Below, in pieces: positions 29,561 to 41,634 of a stretch of DNA of 64,000 nucleotides. A program made the translations under genes and the position numbers. The notes under the pieces are model-generated. The model saw only the letters and a program-made list of their open reading frames with translations, was not told where the DNA came from and made no database searches. Numbering within the stretch: position 1 is the first letter of the stretch; every line of letters starts with the position of its first letter. The stretch comes from Planctomycetota bacterium (GTDB taxonomy: Bacteria > Planctomycetota > Phycisphaerae > SM23-33 > FEN-1343), in NCBI GenBank assembly GCA_012514895.1, contig JAAYZK010000188.1, forward strand, positions 25 to 64,024. The letters are read 5' to 3'.

Positions 29561-31672
29561 ATGCCGCGGGACGCATTAGTCACGCTTGCCCAACTGTTCG
29601 GGGTGCAGACATCCTACTTCGACACCCGGGGCAGACTCGTCGAGGCGGGGATCGAGCCGCTGCTGGCGGTGCTGCGCGAGCTGGGGGCCGAGTTGGCGCA
29701 TCCGGGCGAGGCGGCCGACGCCTGCCGCCGGCGGCGCCAGGGGCTGTGGCGGGAGGTGCTGCCGAAGGCGCAGGTCCGCTGGCGGGAGGCGCCGGGGGGT
29801 GTCCGGCTGCGTCTGGCGGCCGACGAGGCGGCCGGGGCCTTCGCCTGCCGTCTGCACAGCGAGGACGGGCAGGAGCGCCGCTGGACGGGCCGCCTGGAGG
29901 ACCTGCCGGTGCGGCGGGGCGCGTCGGTGGAGGGCGTGCCGTACGTCCGCACGGCGCTGCCGCTTCCGGATGATCTGCCGGCTGGCTACCACCACCTGGA
30001 CGTCGACTGCGGGGGCCGCACGCACGGCACGATGGTCATCGTCGCCCCCGGCCGCGCGTTCGCCCCGCCGCCGCGCCGGGTCTGGGGGCTGTTCCTGCCG
30101 GTCCACGCCCTGCACCGCCAGGGCAGTTGGGGCGCCGGCGACCTGGGGGACTTCAAGGCCCTGCTGGACTGGACGGCCGACCACGGCGGGTCGGTCGTGG
30201 GCTGCCTGCCGCTGCTGGCGCGGGCGTGGGAGCTGGGGGGGGACGTCAGCCCGTATTCGCCGATGAGCCGCCTGTTCTTCGACGAGTTTTACATCGACGT
30301 TGCCGTCGCCGCCGAGATGAGCGAATGCCGCGCGGCCCTGGAGCTGATGCGGTCGGACGAGTTCCAGGCGGCCGTCCGTGGGCTGTGGTCGGCCGACCTG
30401 GTGGACTACCGCCGGCAGATGACCCTCAAGCGGCGGGTCCTGGAGATCCTGTCGGACTGGTTCTTCGCCGAGGCGCCGGACCGGTCGGATTTCGAGCGTT
30501 TTCTGCGGGAGGTGCCCGACGCCGAGCGTTTCGCCCGGTTTCGGGCCGTCTGTCGCCGCCAGGGCCGTCCGTGGGGTCAGTGGCCCGAGGCGCTGCGGAA
30601 CGGGCACCTGCGGCCGGAGGACTACAGCCAGCGGGACGTGCGGTACTTCCTGTTCACGCAGTGGCAGGTCCGCCGCCAGCTTCAGGCCGTCGCCCGCCGC
30701 GCCGACGAGCGGGGCGTGTCGGTGTACCTGGACCTGCCGCTGGGGTCCAGCCCGGACGGCTACGACCTGTGGGCGTGGCGGGACAGCTTCGCCGCGGGCA
30801 TGGCGATGGGGGCCCCGCCGGACGATTTCCACCCCGGCGGTCAGAACTGGGGGCTGGCCCCGCTGCACCCGCGACGGCTGCGGGACCACCAGTACGCGTA
30901 TTTCCGGGCGATCGTCGCCGCCCAGCTCGACCTGGCGGGGATGCTCCGGCTGGACCACGTGATGGGGCTGCACCGGCTGTTCTGGATCCCCTCGGGGATG
31001 GCGGCGGCCCAGGGCGTGTACGTCCACTCGTGCGCCGAGGAGCTGCTGGCGGTGCTGACGGTGGAGAGCCACCGCCGGCAGGTGGTCCTGGTGGGGGAGA
31101 ACCTCGGCACCGTGCCCGACACGGTGGGCCGCTCGATGGACCGTCACGGCCTGATGGGGATGTACGTGCTGCCCTTCGAGATCCGCCCCGGCGCCGACCC
31201 GCCGGTGCGGCCGCCGCGGGCCGATCATCTGGCGTCGCTGAACACGCACGACATGCCCCCCTTCGCCGGCTTCTGGCAGGACGCCGACGTCGAGGCCCGT
31301 CGCGCCGCCGGCGAGCTGGCCGACGACAACGTCGGCGCCGAGCACGACCGGCGGGACAGCCTCCGCCGGGCGCTGCTGGAGGCGCTGGGCGGCCTGGGCC
31401 TGCACCCGGCGGCCGACGACCTGTCGGCGGTGCTGGACGCGTGCCTGGAACTGCTGGGACGCAGCGCCGCCCGGGTAGTGCTGGTGAACGTGGAGGACCT
31501 GTGGCTGGAGACGCAGGAGCAGAACCGGCCCGGCGTGGACGATCCGGCCAACTGGCGCAGTCGAGCGCGCCATCGCCTGGAGGAGTTCGACGCCCTGGAC
31601 GCGGTGGCGGGGCGCCTGCGGCGGCTGGCGGCGGCGAGGGACGCCCCGGTCGCCCGGCGGGGCGGGGGATGA
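29561..31672 (+). CDS. malQ: 4-alpha-glucanotransferase (amylomaltase, GH77)
   Basis: 'SPYSPMSRLF', 'YLDLPLG', 'GAPPDDF..GGQNWG', 'LRLDHVMGLHRLFWIP', 'GENLG', 'NTHDMP'. Start at ATG 29561 after GGAGG. Confidence 0.93.
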   Translation: MPRDALVTLAQLFGVQTSYFDTRGRLVEAGIEPLLAVLRELGAELAHPGEAADACRRRRQGLWREVLPKAQVRWREAPGGVRLRLAADEAAGAFACRLHSEDGQERRWTGRLEDLPVRRGASVEGVPYVRTALPLPDDLPAGYHHLDVDCGGRTHGTMVIVAPGRAFAPPPRRVWGLFLPVHALHRQGSWGAGDLGDFKALLDWTADHGGSVVGCLPLLARAWELGGDVSPYSPMSRLFFDEFYIDVAVAAEMSECRAALELMRSDEFQAAVRGLWSADLVDYRRQMTLKRRVLEILSDWFFAEAPDRSDFERFLREVPDAERFARFRAVCRRQGRPWGQWPEALRNGHLRPEDYSQRDVRYFLFTQWQVRRQLQAVARRADERGVSVYLDLPLGSSPDGYDLWAWRDSFAAGMAMGAPPDDFHPGGQNWGLAPLHPRRLRDHQYAYFRAIVAAQLDLAGMLRLDHVMGLHRLFWIPSGMAAAQGVYVHSCAEELLAVLTVESHRRQVVLVGENLGTVPDTVGRSMDRHGLMGMYVLPFEIRPGADPPVRPPRADHLASLNTHDMPPFAGFWQDADVEARRAAGELADDNVGAEHDRRDSLRRALLEALGGLGLHPAADDLSAVLDACLELLGRSAARVVLVNVEDLWLETQEQNRPGVDDPANWRSRARHRLEEFDALDAVAGRLRRLAAARDAPVARRGGG

Positions 31673-31676
31673 AGGC

Positions 31677-33759
<2,083 letters not shown>

Positions 33760-33770
<11 letters not shown>

Positions 33771-36183
33771 CGCAATGTCCCAACCCGTCGCGACCTACCG
33801 CCTGCAGCTTCAGGCCGGCTTCGGTTTCGACGACGCCGCCGCGGTCGCCGGCTACCTGGCGGCGCTGGGCGTCAGCCACGTGTACCTCTCGCCCGTCCTG
33901 GCGGCGCGGCCCGGCAGCACGCACGGCTACGACGTGATCGACCCCACGCGGGTCAGTCCCGAGCTGGGGGGCGAGGCGGGCTTCAGACGGATGGTCGGCG
34001 TCTTCCGGGAGCACGGCCTGGGCGTCGTGCTGGACATCGTGCCCAACCACATGGCCGTCTGGCCGGCCAACCACCTGTGGCTCGACGTGCTCGCCCGCGG
34101 CCGCGACAGCCGCTGGGCCGGCTTCTTCGACATCGACTGGGACCCGCCCTGGGAGGAACTGCGGGGCAAGGTCCTCCTGCCCATCCTGGGCGACCACTAC
34201 GGGGCGATGCTCGCCGACGGGCGGATCGCGCCGGTCCTGAAGGACGGCCGCCTCGTCCTGCGGTGCGGCGAGCTGGAACTGCCGCTGAGCGGCGCCGAGG
34301 CGACGGCCGAAACGGTCGAGGCCCTCGCCCGCGATCCCCAGCGCCTCCACCGCCTGCTGGGCGAACAGCACTACCTCCTGGCGTACTGGCCCGCCGCCGC
34401 CAGCATGATCAACTACCGCCGGTTCTTCGACATCACCCACCTGGTCGGCCTGTGCGTCGAACGGCCGGAGGTCTTCCAGCACATCCATCAGCTCCCGCTG
34501 GCGTGGATCGCCGAGGGCCTCGTCCAGGGCCTCCGCGTCGATCACCCGGACGGCCTGCGGGACCCGAAGGCGTACTTCGACCACCTGCGCTCAGCGGCGC
34601 CGGAGGCGTGGATCGTCGCCGAGAAGATCCTCACCGGCCAGGAGCGCCTCCCCGCCTGGGCCGTGGACGGCACGACCGGCTATGACTTCGCCAACGCCGT
34701 CGGGGGGCTTTTCATCGATCCCTGCGCCGAGCGGCCCCTGACCGACTTCTACGCCGAGTTCACCGGGGCGACGGACGGCTTCGCCGACGTCGCCCGGCGC
34801 GGCAAGCGCGAGATGCTCGACGCCCTGTTCGGCGGGGACCTCGACCGCCTCGTGGAGCGCCTCGTGCGGATCGCCCAGCGCCGGCCCGCCTGGCGGGATC
34901 TCACCCGGCGGCAGCTCCGCGGCGCCCTGCGGGAACTGGCCGCCTGCCTGCCGACCTACCGCACCTACGTCGACGACGGTCCGGCGGGCCCCTTGGCCGC
35001 CGACGCCGCCCGCATCGGCCGCGCGGTCGCCGAGGCGCGGGGCGACGGCGACGACCCGTTGGTCTGGGACTACCTGGCGGCGGTGCTGAGCAAGCGGGTG
35101 GACGACCCCGAGGCCATGGAGGTCGTCGCGCGATTCCAGCAGCTCACCGGGGCGGCGGCGGCCAAGGGCGTCGAGGACACGGCCCTGTACCGCTACCTCC
35201 GCCTGGCGTCGCTCAACGAGGTCGGCGGCGACCCGGGGCGTTTCGGGGTGCCGGTCGAGGCGTTCCACCGCTTCTGCCTGGACCGCCAGTGCCGCTGGCC
35301 GTCGAGCCTGCTGGGCACCTCGACGCACGACACGAAGCGCAGCGAGGATGTCCGCCTGCGAATCAGCGCGCTTACGGAGATGCCCGACGCGTGGATCGAC
35401 GCCGTCCGCCGCTGGGGAGGCGTCGGGCGCGGGGTCCGGCCGGGCCGCAATGACGAGTACCTGCTCTACCAGACGCTCATCGGTGCCTGGCCGCTCGAAC
35501 GCGAGAGGCTGGACGCCTACGCTGTCAAGGCCGCCCGCGAGGCCAAGGTGCACACCTCCTGGACGTCGCCTAGCGAGGCATACGAGGATGCGCTGAAGGG
35601 GTTCATCGCGGCCCTGCTGGCCGACGCGGCCTTCCTGGATGACCTGAAGCGCCTCGTGGATCGGCTGGCCCCCGCGGCCCGCATTCACTCGCTCGCCCAG
35701 ACGCTGCTCAAGTGCACCTGCCCGGGCGTGCCGGACTTCTACCAGGGCAGCGAGCTGTGGACCAACAGCCTGGTCGATCCGGACAACCGCCGTCCGGTCG
35801 ACTTCGACGCGCGCCGGCGCCTCCTGGCCGAGGCGCCGCCCGCCATGGACACGGCGGCGCCCAAGCTGAGGGTCATCCACACGGCCCTCCGGGTCCGCCG
35901 GGGCTGCCCCGAGGCGTTCGGGCCGCAGGGCCGGTACGAGCCGCTCCAGACCGAGGGCGCCGCCGCCGACCACCTGGTCGCCTTCGCCCGCGGCGATAGG
36001 GTCGTGACCGTCGTCCCCCGCCTCGTGCTGCACCTGGACGGGTGCTGGGGCGGCACGGCGTTCCGCCTGCCGGCAGGGCGCTACCGCGATGCCTTTACGG
36101 ACCGCGTCTTCCAGGGCGGCTGGGTCCGCGTCCGAGACGTTTTTGGCACCTTGTGCGCAGGACTTCTGGTGAAAGAGGGGTGA
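33760..36183 (+). CDS. treY: Malto-oligosyltrehalose synthase
   Basis: 'ATYRLQL', 'GSTHGYDV', 'DIVPNHM', 'NYRRFFD', 'GLRVDHPDGL', 'STHDTKRSEDVR', 'SLVDPDNRRPVDF'. Confidence 0.95.
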
Positions 36184-36187
36184 GAGC

Positions 36188-37954
36188 ATGGAACGGTTGA
36201 CCCTGTGGGCGCCGTACTGCCGGTCGGTGGCGGCGCTGATCGGCGACGCGGCGCATCCGCTGGAGCCGGCCGGGCACGGCTGGTGGGCCGCCGACGTCCC
36301 GGACACGGTCCGCGAGCACGGCTACCTGTTCAGCCTGGACGGGGCCGCGGGCATCCCCGACCCCCGGTCGCCCTGGCAGCCCTGGGGCGTGCACGGGCCG
36401 TCCCATCCGCTCGACCACGGCGCCTTCCTCTGGCACGACGACGGCTGGCGGGCGCCGCCGCTGTCGGCCGCCGTGATCTACGAGCTTCACGTCGGCACCT
36501 TCACGCCGGACGGCACGTTCGAGGCGGCGGCCGACTACCTGGACAACCTGGTGGACCTGGGCGTCACGCACGTCGAACTGATGCCGGTGGCCGAGTTCGC
36601 CGGCGACCGGGGCTGGGGCTACGACGGGGTGGCCCTCTTCGCCCCGCACCACGCCTACGGCGGGCCGGCGGGGTTGAAGTACCTGGTGGACGCCTGCCAC
36701 CGCGCGGGCCTGGGGGTGATCCTCGACGTGGTGTACAACCATCTCGGCCCCGAGGGCGCCTACGCCCCCCGGGCCGCGCCCTACCTGACGGGGCACCACC
36801 GCACCAACTGGGGCGCCGCGGTCAACTTCGACGGCGCCGACAGCGACGAGGTCCGCCGCTTCGTCCTGGACAACGCCGTCATGTGGCTGAGGGACTACCA
36901 CGTCGACGGCCTTCGCCTCGACGGGACGCACGCCATCGCGGATCAGTCCGCCACGCCCATCCTCGAAGCCCTGGCCGAGCGGGTCGAGCGGCTGGCGGCC
37001 GAGCTGGGCCGTCCCCTGGTGCTGATCGCCGAGAACGACCGGAACGATCCCCGCCTGGTCCGTTCCCGCCAGGCCGGCGGGTCCGGCCTGGACGGCGTCT
37101 GGGCCGACGACCTCCACCACGCCCTCCACGCGGTGCTGACCGGCGAGCGGCGGGGCTATTACCGCGACTTCGGCACGCTGGCCGACGTGGCCAAGGCCTG
37201 CCGCTGCGCCCTGGTCTACGATGGGCAGTACTCCGCCCATCGCCGCCGCCTCCACGGGCGCCCGGCGACGGGACTGTCCGGCCACCGGTTCGTCGTGTGC
37301 CTGCAGAACCACGATCAGGTCGGCAACCGCGCCGCCGGCGACCGCATCGGCCAGCAGGCCGGGGCCGACATGCAGATGATCGGCGCCGCCGTGATCTTCT
37401 TCAGCCCCTTCGTGCCGCTGCTGCTGGCGGGTGAGGAGTGGGGGGCGTCCAGCCCGTTCCAGTACTTCACCTCCGTGGAGGATGAGCGCCTGGCCCGCCA
37501 GATCGTCGAAGGCCGCCGCCGCGAGTTCGCCGCCTTCGGCTGGCCGCCGGAAGAGGTGCCCGACCCGCAGGATCCCGCCACGTTCGCCCGCTCCAAGCTT
37601 CCCTGGGCCCAACGCCCCGAGGGCCCCCACGGGCGGATGCTCGACTGGTACCGGCGGCTCATCCACCTGCGCCGCTCGGCGCCCGCCCTGTGCGACGGGG
37701 ACATGTCGGGGGTGCGGACCGCCTGGGATGAACAGGCGCGGTGGCTCGAGATCCGCCGCGGCGACCTCGTCCTCCTGGCCAACCTCGCCGACCACGGACT
37801 GGACCGCCCGCTCGCCGACGGCCTGGACGACGCGGCGATCCTGCTGGCGTCCAAGGACGGCTGTGCGATCCGCGACGGGGCCGTGAGCCTGCCCCACCGC
37901 AGCGCGGCCGTCTACGGCTGCTCGATCCGCAGGCGGGGCAGGGCGTCGGGGTAG
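36188..37954 (+). CDS. treZ: Malto-oligosyltrehalose trehalohydrolase
   Basis: 'IYELHVGTFT', 'WGYDGV', 'DVVYNHLGPEG', 'DGLRLD', 'QNHDQVGNR', 'PDPQDPATF'. Confidence 0.95.
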   Translation: MERLTLWAPYCRSVAALIGDAAHPLEPAGHGWWAADVPDTVREHGYLFSLDGAAGIPDPRSPWQPWGVHGPSHPLDHGAFLWHDDGWRAPPLSAAVIYELHVGTFTPDGTFEAAADYLDNLVDLGVTHVELMPVAEFAGDRGWGYDGVALFAPHHAYGGPAGLKYLVDACHRAGLGVILDVVYNHLGPEGAYAPRAAPYLTGHHRTNWGAAVNFDGADSDEVRRFVLDNAVMWLRDYHVDGLRLDGTHAIADQSATPILEALAERVERLAAELGRPLVLIAENDRNDPRLVRSRQAGGSGLDGVWADDLHHALHAVLTGERRGYYRDFGTLADVAKACRCALVYDGQYSAHRRRLHGRPATGLSGHRFVVCLQNHDQVGNRAAGDRIGQQAGADMQMIGAAVIFFSPFVPLLLAGEEWGASSPFQYFTSVEDERLARQIVEGRRREFAAFGWPPEEVPDPQDPATFARSKLPWAQRPEGPHGRMLDWYRRLIHLRRSAPALCDGDMSGVRTAWDEQARWLEIRRGDLVLLANLADHGLDRPLADGLDDAAILLASKDGCAIRDGAVSLPHRSAAVYGCSIRRRGRASG

Positions 37955-38961
37955 TTCTGCTGGACGAAGGTCAGGAGCTTCTCGCGGACCTCGCAGCGGA
38001 GGGCCCAGGCGGCCGAAGCGTCGTCGGCGCTCATGATGGCGCGGATCTCCATGGTGCGGTCCGTCGCGTCGGTGACCTGCAGGGAGCTGACCCGGCGGTT
38101 CCAGTGCGCCGAACCCTGGAGGATCCGGTCCAGTTCCTCGCGGAGGGCCTGGACGGGGACCGTGTAGTCCACGTGGATCTTGACGGCGCCGATGATCTCG
38201 CTGGTCGCGCGGGTCCAGTTCTGGAAGGGCTTGTCGATGAAGTAGGTGATCGGCAGCACGAGCCGCCGCAGGTCCCAGATCCGCACGACCACGTAGGTCA
38301 GCGTGATCTCCTCGATGCGCCCCCATTCGCCCTCGACGATGACCACGTCGTCGATGCGGATGGGCTGGGCCAGGGCGATCTGGATGCCCGCCAGCAGGTT
38401 GCCCAGCGTCTTCTGGGCGGCGAAGCCCGCGACGATGCCGATGATGCCCGCCGACGCCAGCAGGCTGACGCCCAACTGGCGGACGGCGTCGAACGTCGTC
38501 AGCGCCGTGGCGAACGCCACGACGATGACGGTGACCGCGGCGATGCGGCCCAGGACGCGCAGGTGGGTGTGGATCTTCCGCGCGTGGAGGTTGTCGGCGA
38601 CGTCGACGCGGAAACGCTGGTTGGCCAGGTCCATCAGGGCCCGGACCAGGGCCAGCAGGGCCCAGGCCGACACGGCGATCATCGCCAGGGCCCAGAAGTG
38701 TTCGAGCGTGAAGTCGGCCCCCGGGGTCTCGGACGTCACGTCCGGCATGCCCAGGCGGGCGAACAGCAGGACCACCCCGGCCGCGACCGGGGCGCCGCAG
38801 CAGCGCAGCACCGTGTGGCCGACGCGGCTGCGGCGTTCGGTCAGCACGCGGCGCAGCACGGCCCAGCCGACCAGGGCGACCAGGGCCCCGGCCGCCGACC
38901 ACGCCGCCACGGGCCCGAAGGTCCCGGCGATCCACGGCCGTAGGTGGAGCAGCGCGTTCAT
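37912..38961 (-). CDS. mscS: Small-conductance mechanosensitive channel (MscS family)
   Basis: TM helices followed by 'GFAAQKTLGNLLAGIQI...PIRIDDVV..EGEWG.IEEI.LTYV' and 'PFQNWTR'. Confidence 0.9.
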   Translation of the reverse strand: MNALLHLRPWIAGTFGPVAAWSAAGALVALVGWAVLRRVLTERRSRVGHTVLRCCGAPVAAGVVLLFARLGMPDVTSETPGADFTLEHFWALAMIAVSAWALLALVRALMDLANQRFRVDVADNLHARKIHTHLRVLGRIAAVTVIVVAFATALTTFDAVRQLGVSLLASAGIIGIVAGFAAQKTLGNLLAGIQIALAQPIRIDDVVIVEGEWGRIEEITLTYVVVRIWDLRRLVLPITYFIDKPFQNWTRATSEIIGAVKIHVDYTVPVQALREELDRILQGSAHWNRRVSSLQVTDATDRTMEIRAIMSADDASAAWALRCEVREKLLTFVQQNYPDALPRLRIEQP

Positions 38962-38973
38962 GGGGTGGCGGGG

Positions 38974-40242
38974 CTACTTGTGAGGCCGGGCGATGGCTTC
39001 GACCTCCGGATCGGGTTCCAGCATCGCCTGCTCGATCTGGTGGTTCTCGCGCACGTGGAAGTGCACCTCGAACGAGTTGAGCAGGTCGATGTACTGTTCC
39101 AGCAGGCGGGTCAGCAGGAACTTCCTGCGGACCGTTTCCCGGGCGGCCTCGCCCATGCGGGCGCGCAGGCCGTCGTCCTTGAGCAGTTGGACGATCCGGC
39201 CGGCGGCCTCGGTCGTCGAGGCCACCAGATAGCCGTTGATCCCGTCGCGGATCTGGTAGCGGATGCCGCCGACCTTTCCGCCGATGACGGGCGTGCCCTT
39301 CCACATGGCCTCGGCGACCGTCAGGCCGAACCCTTCGCGCAGGGACTTCTGCAGCACCACCGCCGCCCGCCGCTGCAGGGCGTTGACCAGCAGGCTGTTC
39401 TCCTGGTGGATGATGAGGATGCGTTCGGACTGCTGGCTGAGCAGCGACTCGTAGATCGCCTGGCCTTCCGGGTCGTCGGTCGCCGGCGCGCCGACGAGCA
39501 CCAGCGTGGCGTCCACGTCCCGCTGGGCGATGCGGAACGCCTCGATCACCCCGTTGGGGTCCTTCCACCGGTCGAACCGCGACACCTGCGCCACCAGGGG
39601 CAGGTCGGTGGGGATGTTGTACTTGGCCAGGATCGCGTCGATGTGCTCTTCGCCCAGCGGCACGTTGGTCATGCTGAACGGATCGATCGCCGGCATGAAG
39701 AAGAACTGCGGGGGATGGATGTCCTGCTCGTAGTCCGGGATCGACACGATGACCGCCTGGTACTGGTCGATGAACCGCCGCAGGTACTTCCACAGGGCCA
39801 TGTTCGGGCTGGTGAGGTCGATGTGGCACCGCCAGATCCACGGCCGCGACTGCGGGTACGACTCGATCAGCGGCAACGGCTGGGGGTCGTGCACGACCAC
39901 GAAGTCGTGGTGCAGGTGGTTGCGGACGGCGTTCTCGCGGTTGACCTGCTCGTAGACCCACTTGGGGTGTTCCAGCAGCTCGATCTCCGCGCCCTGGATG
40001 GCGTTGTGGACCGACTTGGTGAACGCGAAGAAGTCCGGGTTGCCCTGGATGATCCGCCACTCGGTCTTGATCTCCAGGTTGTTCATCAGGATGCTCAGGG
40101 GCGCCAGCATCGTCGCGACGCCCCCGCCGTAGTACGTCGAACTCATGTGCACGACCTCGCGGTCGTGCAGCGGCCTGGCCTTCTTCCAGATCCGCTCGAT
40201 GGTCTCCTCGCCGACGAACTGGGCGTATTCTTCGAAAGCCAT
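38974..40242 (-). CDS. treT: GT4 trehalose synthase, TreT-like
   Basis: 'SSTYYGGGVA', 'FF.FTKSVHNAIQG', 'VHDPQP', 'WRCHID', 'QVSRFDRWKDP', 'QKSLREGFGLTV.EAMWKG'. Confidence 0.88.
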   Translation of the reverse strand: MAFEEYAQFVGEETIERIWKKARPLHDREVVHMSSTYYGGGVATMLAPLSILMNNLEIKTEWRIIQGNPDFFAFTKSVHNAIQGAEIELLEHPKWVYEQVNRENAVRNHLHHDFVVVHDPQPLPLIESYPQSRPWIWRCHIDLTSPNMALWKYLRRFIDQYQAVIVSIPDYEQDIHPPQFFFMPAIDPFSMTNVPLGEEHIDAILAKYNIPTDLPLVAQVSRFDRWKDPNGVIEAFRIAQRDVDATLVLVGAPATDDPEGQAIYESLLSQQSERILIIHQENSLLVNALQRRAAVVLQKSLREGFGLTVAEAMWKGTPVIGGKVGGIRYQIRDGINGYLVASTTEAAGRIVQLLKDDGLRARMGEAARETVRRKFLLTRLLEQYIDLLNSFEVHFHVRENHQIEQAMLEPDPEVEAIARPHK

Positions 40243-40337
40243 GAAACCTCCTCCGCCCGCGGCGCGGGCCCGCGATGCCCTGTCCGAACTGCCTGTTCCG
40301 TTGGAATTCTAGACAGGGACGCCGGGCGGGCCGATGG

Positions 40338-41573
40338 CTATCGCCGGCCGGCGAGGCGCTGGTGGGGGCGGAGGCGGGGCGGGTCGGCGGTCTGGCCGGC
40401 CCAGAATCTCAGCAGGTCGGGATCGACCGTCACGAACGCCGGCACGTGGGCCGCCACGCAGTGCAGGGCGCCGCCCAGGCGGATGAGGGAGTCGACGTTG
40501 ATCGGAACGATCTGCCACGTCGGAAGCAGCCGCCTGTACAGGTCCAGCACCTGCCGCTCGACGGCCGGGTCGACGTCGGAGTAGGAGGGGACCAGCAGGA
40601 CGCCGTTGGCGAAGATGACGTTGGTGTAGCTGCGCCACACGCCGTCACCGTTGGCAGGCATGGGGACGCGGTAGACCTTCAGGGGCCCTTTGCTGGTGGG
40701 CAGCCCGCTGAGCCGTTCGGCCGCCTGCTCGAGGATGAAGGCGTTGATGGGGTCCTCGGCGGCGTCGCACTGGGCGACGACGGCGACGTCGGGGGCCGTG
40801 AACGTCACGAACATGTCGGCGTGCTCGGTCTCCTCCCCGTCCAGCGGGCGCAGGTTGACCCAGGTCCTGACGCGGAAGAGGTACTGCAGCAGGACGCGGA
40901 TGTGTTCCTCGCCGTAGCCGCGGTCGATGTTGGAGTCGACCAGGGCGCTGGTGGTGACGCACAGCCCGTCGCCGTTGTTGATGAAGTTGCCCCCGTCCAG
41001 GCGGAGCGGCACCGGCGTGGCGTCCAGGCCGAACTGCCAGCCCAGCCACGCCGGGGCGATGTCCTCGGCCGCCGCCTCGGTGTCGTAGATGCCCTGGGCG
41101 TACTCGGTGTCGATGATCTCGACGGTCCCGTCGTCCTGGCGGACGAACAGGGGGCCGAAGTCCCGGGCCCACATCGTCCGCGCCGGGCTGATCACGAAGG
41201 TCACGGCATCGGCGGGGACGCCCTTGTCGCTGAGCAGCTTGCGGGCGATCTGGCGGTGCAGGTCGCCGGGCACCAGCACGATCAGGCGCACGCGGGTGTG
41301 GGTCGCGGCGACCAGCGTGGCGAAGACCTCCCCGTGCTGGGCGATCAGTTCGCCCCCGCCGAGGATGAGGGCCGACTGCGGCTGGAACTCGCCGGCCACG
41401 CCGGCGACCGGATCGAGAGGGGCGATCGCCTCGCGTGCGGCGGCGCCCGCGACGGGGCCGCCGGTGCGATCCGCGTCGGCCGCGAAGACCGCAAGGGCCA
41501 TGCACACCGGCACAGCCAGCGCCGCCCCCAGCCGGCGCCGTCTTCCAAGGCTCATCCTGTCAGGCGTATCCAT
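40338..41573 (-). CDS. Agmatine deiminase / peptidylarginine deiminase family protein with predicted signal peptide
   Basis: 'WARDFGP', 'LDGGN', 'TEHADM', 'SYTN', catalytic 'GGALHC'. Start reassigned to ATG 41573 (GAAGGA RBS); N-terminus 'RRRRLGAALAVPVCMALAVFAADA'. Confidence 0.85.
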   Translation of the reverse strand: MDTPDRMSLGRRRRLGAALAVPVCMALAVFAADADRTGGPVAGAAAREAIAPLDPVAGVAGEFQPQSALILGGGELIAQHGEVFATLVAATHTRVRLIVLVPGDLHRQIARKLLSDKGVPADAVTFVISPARTMWARDFGPLFVRQDDGTVEIIDTEYAQGIYDTEAAAEDIAPAWLGWQFGLDATPVPLRLDGGNFINNGDGLCVTTSALVDSNIDRGYGEEHIRVLLQYLFRVRTWVNLRPLDGEETEHADMFVTFTAPDVAVVAQCDAAEDPINAFILEQAAERLSGLPTSKGPLKVYRVPMPANGDGVWRSYTNVIFANGVLLVPSYSDVDPAVERQVLDLYRRLLPTWQIVPINVDSLIRLGGALHCVAAHVPAFVTVDPDLLRFWAGQTADPPRLRPHQRLAGRR

Positions 41574-41634
41574 GGGTGTTCCTTCGGCTCCCGCCGGGCC
41601 GCGGCCCGCCGGCGCGGACGCCGCGGCCGCTCCG

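Noticed and set aside
36095-40060. 1321-aa minus-strand ORF
   Set aside because: It is an Arg/Pro/Gly-rich off-frame read across treT, mscS and antisense treZ, an artefact of stop-codon scarcity at high GC.
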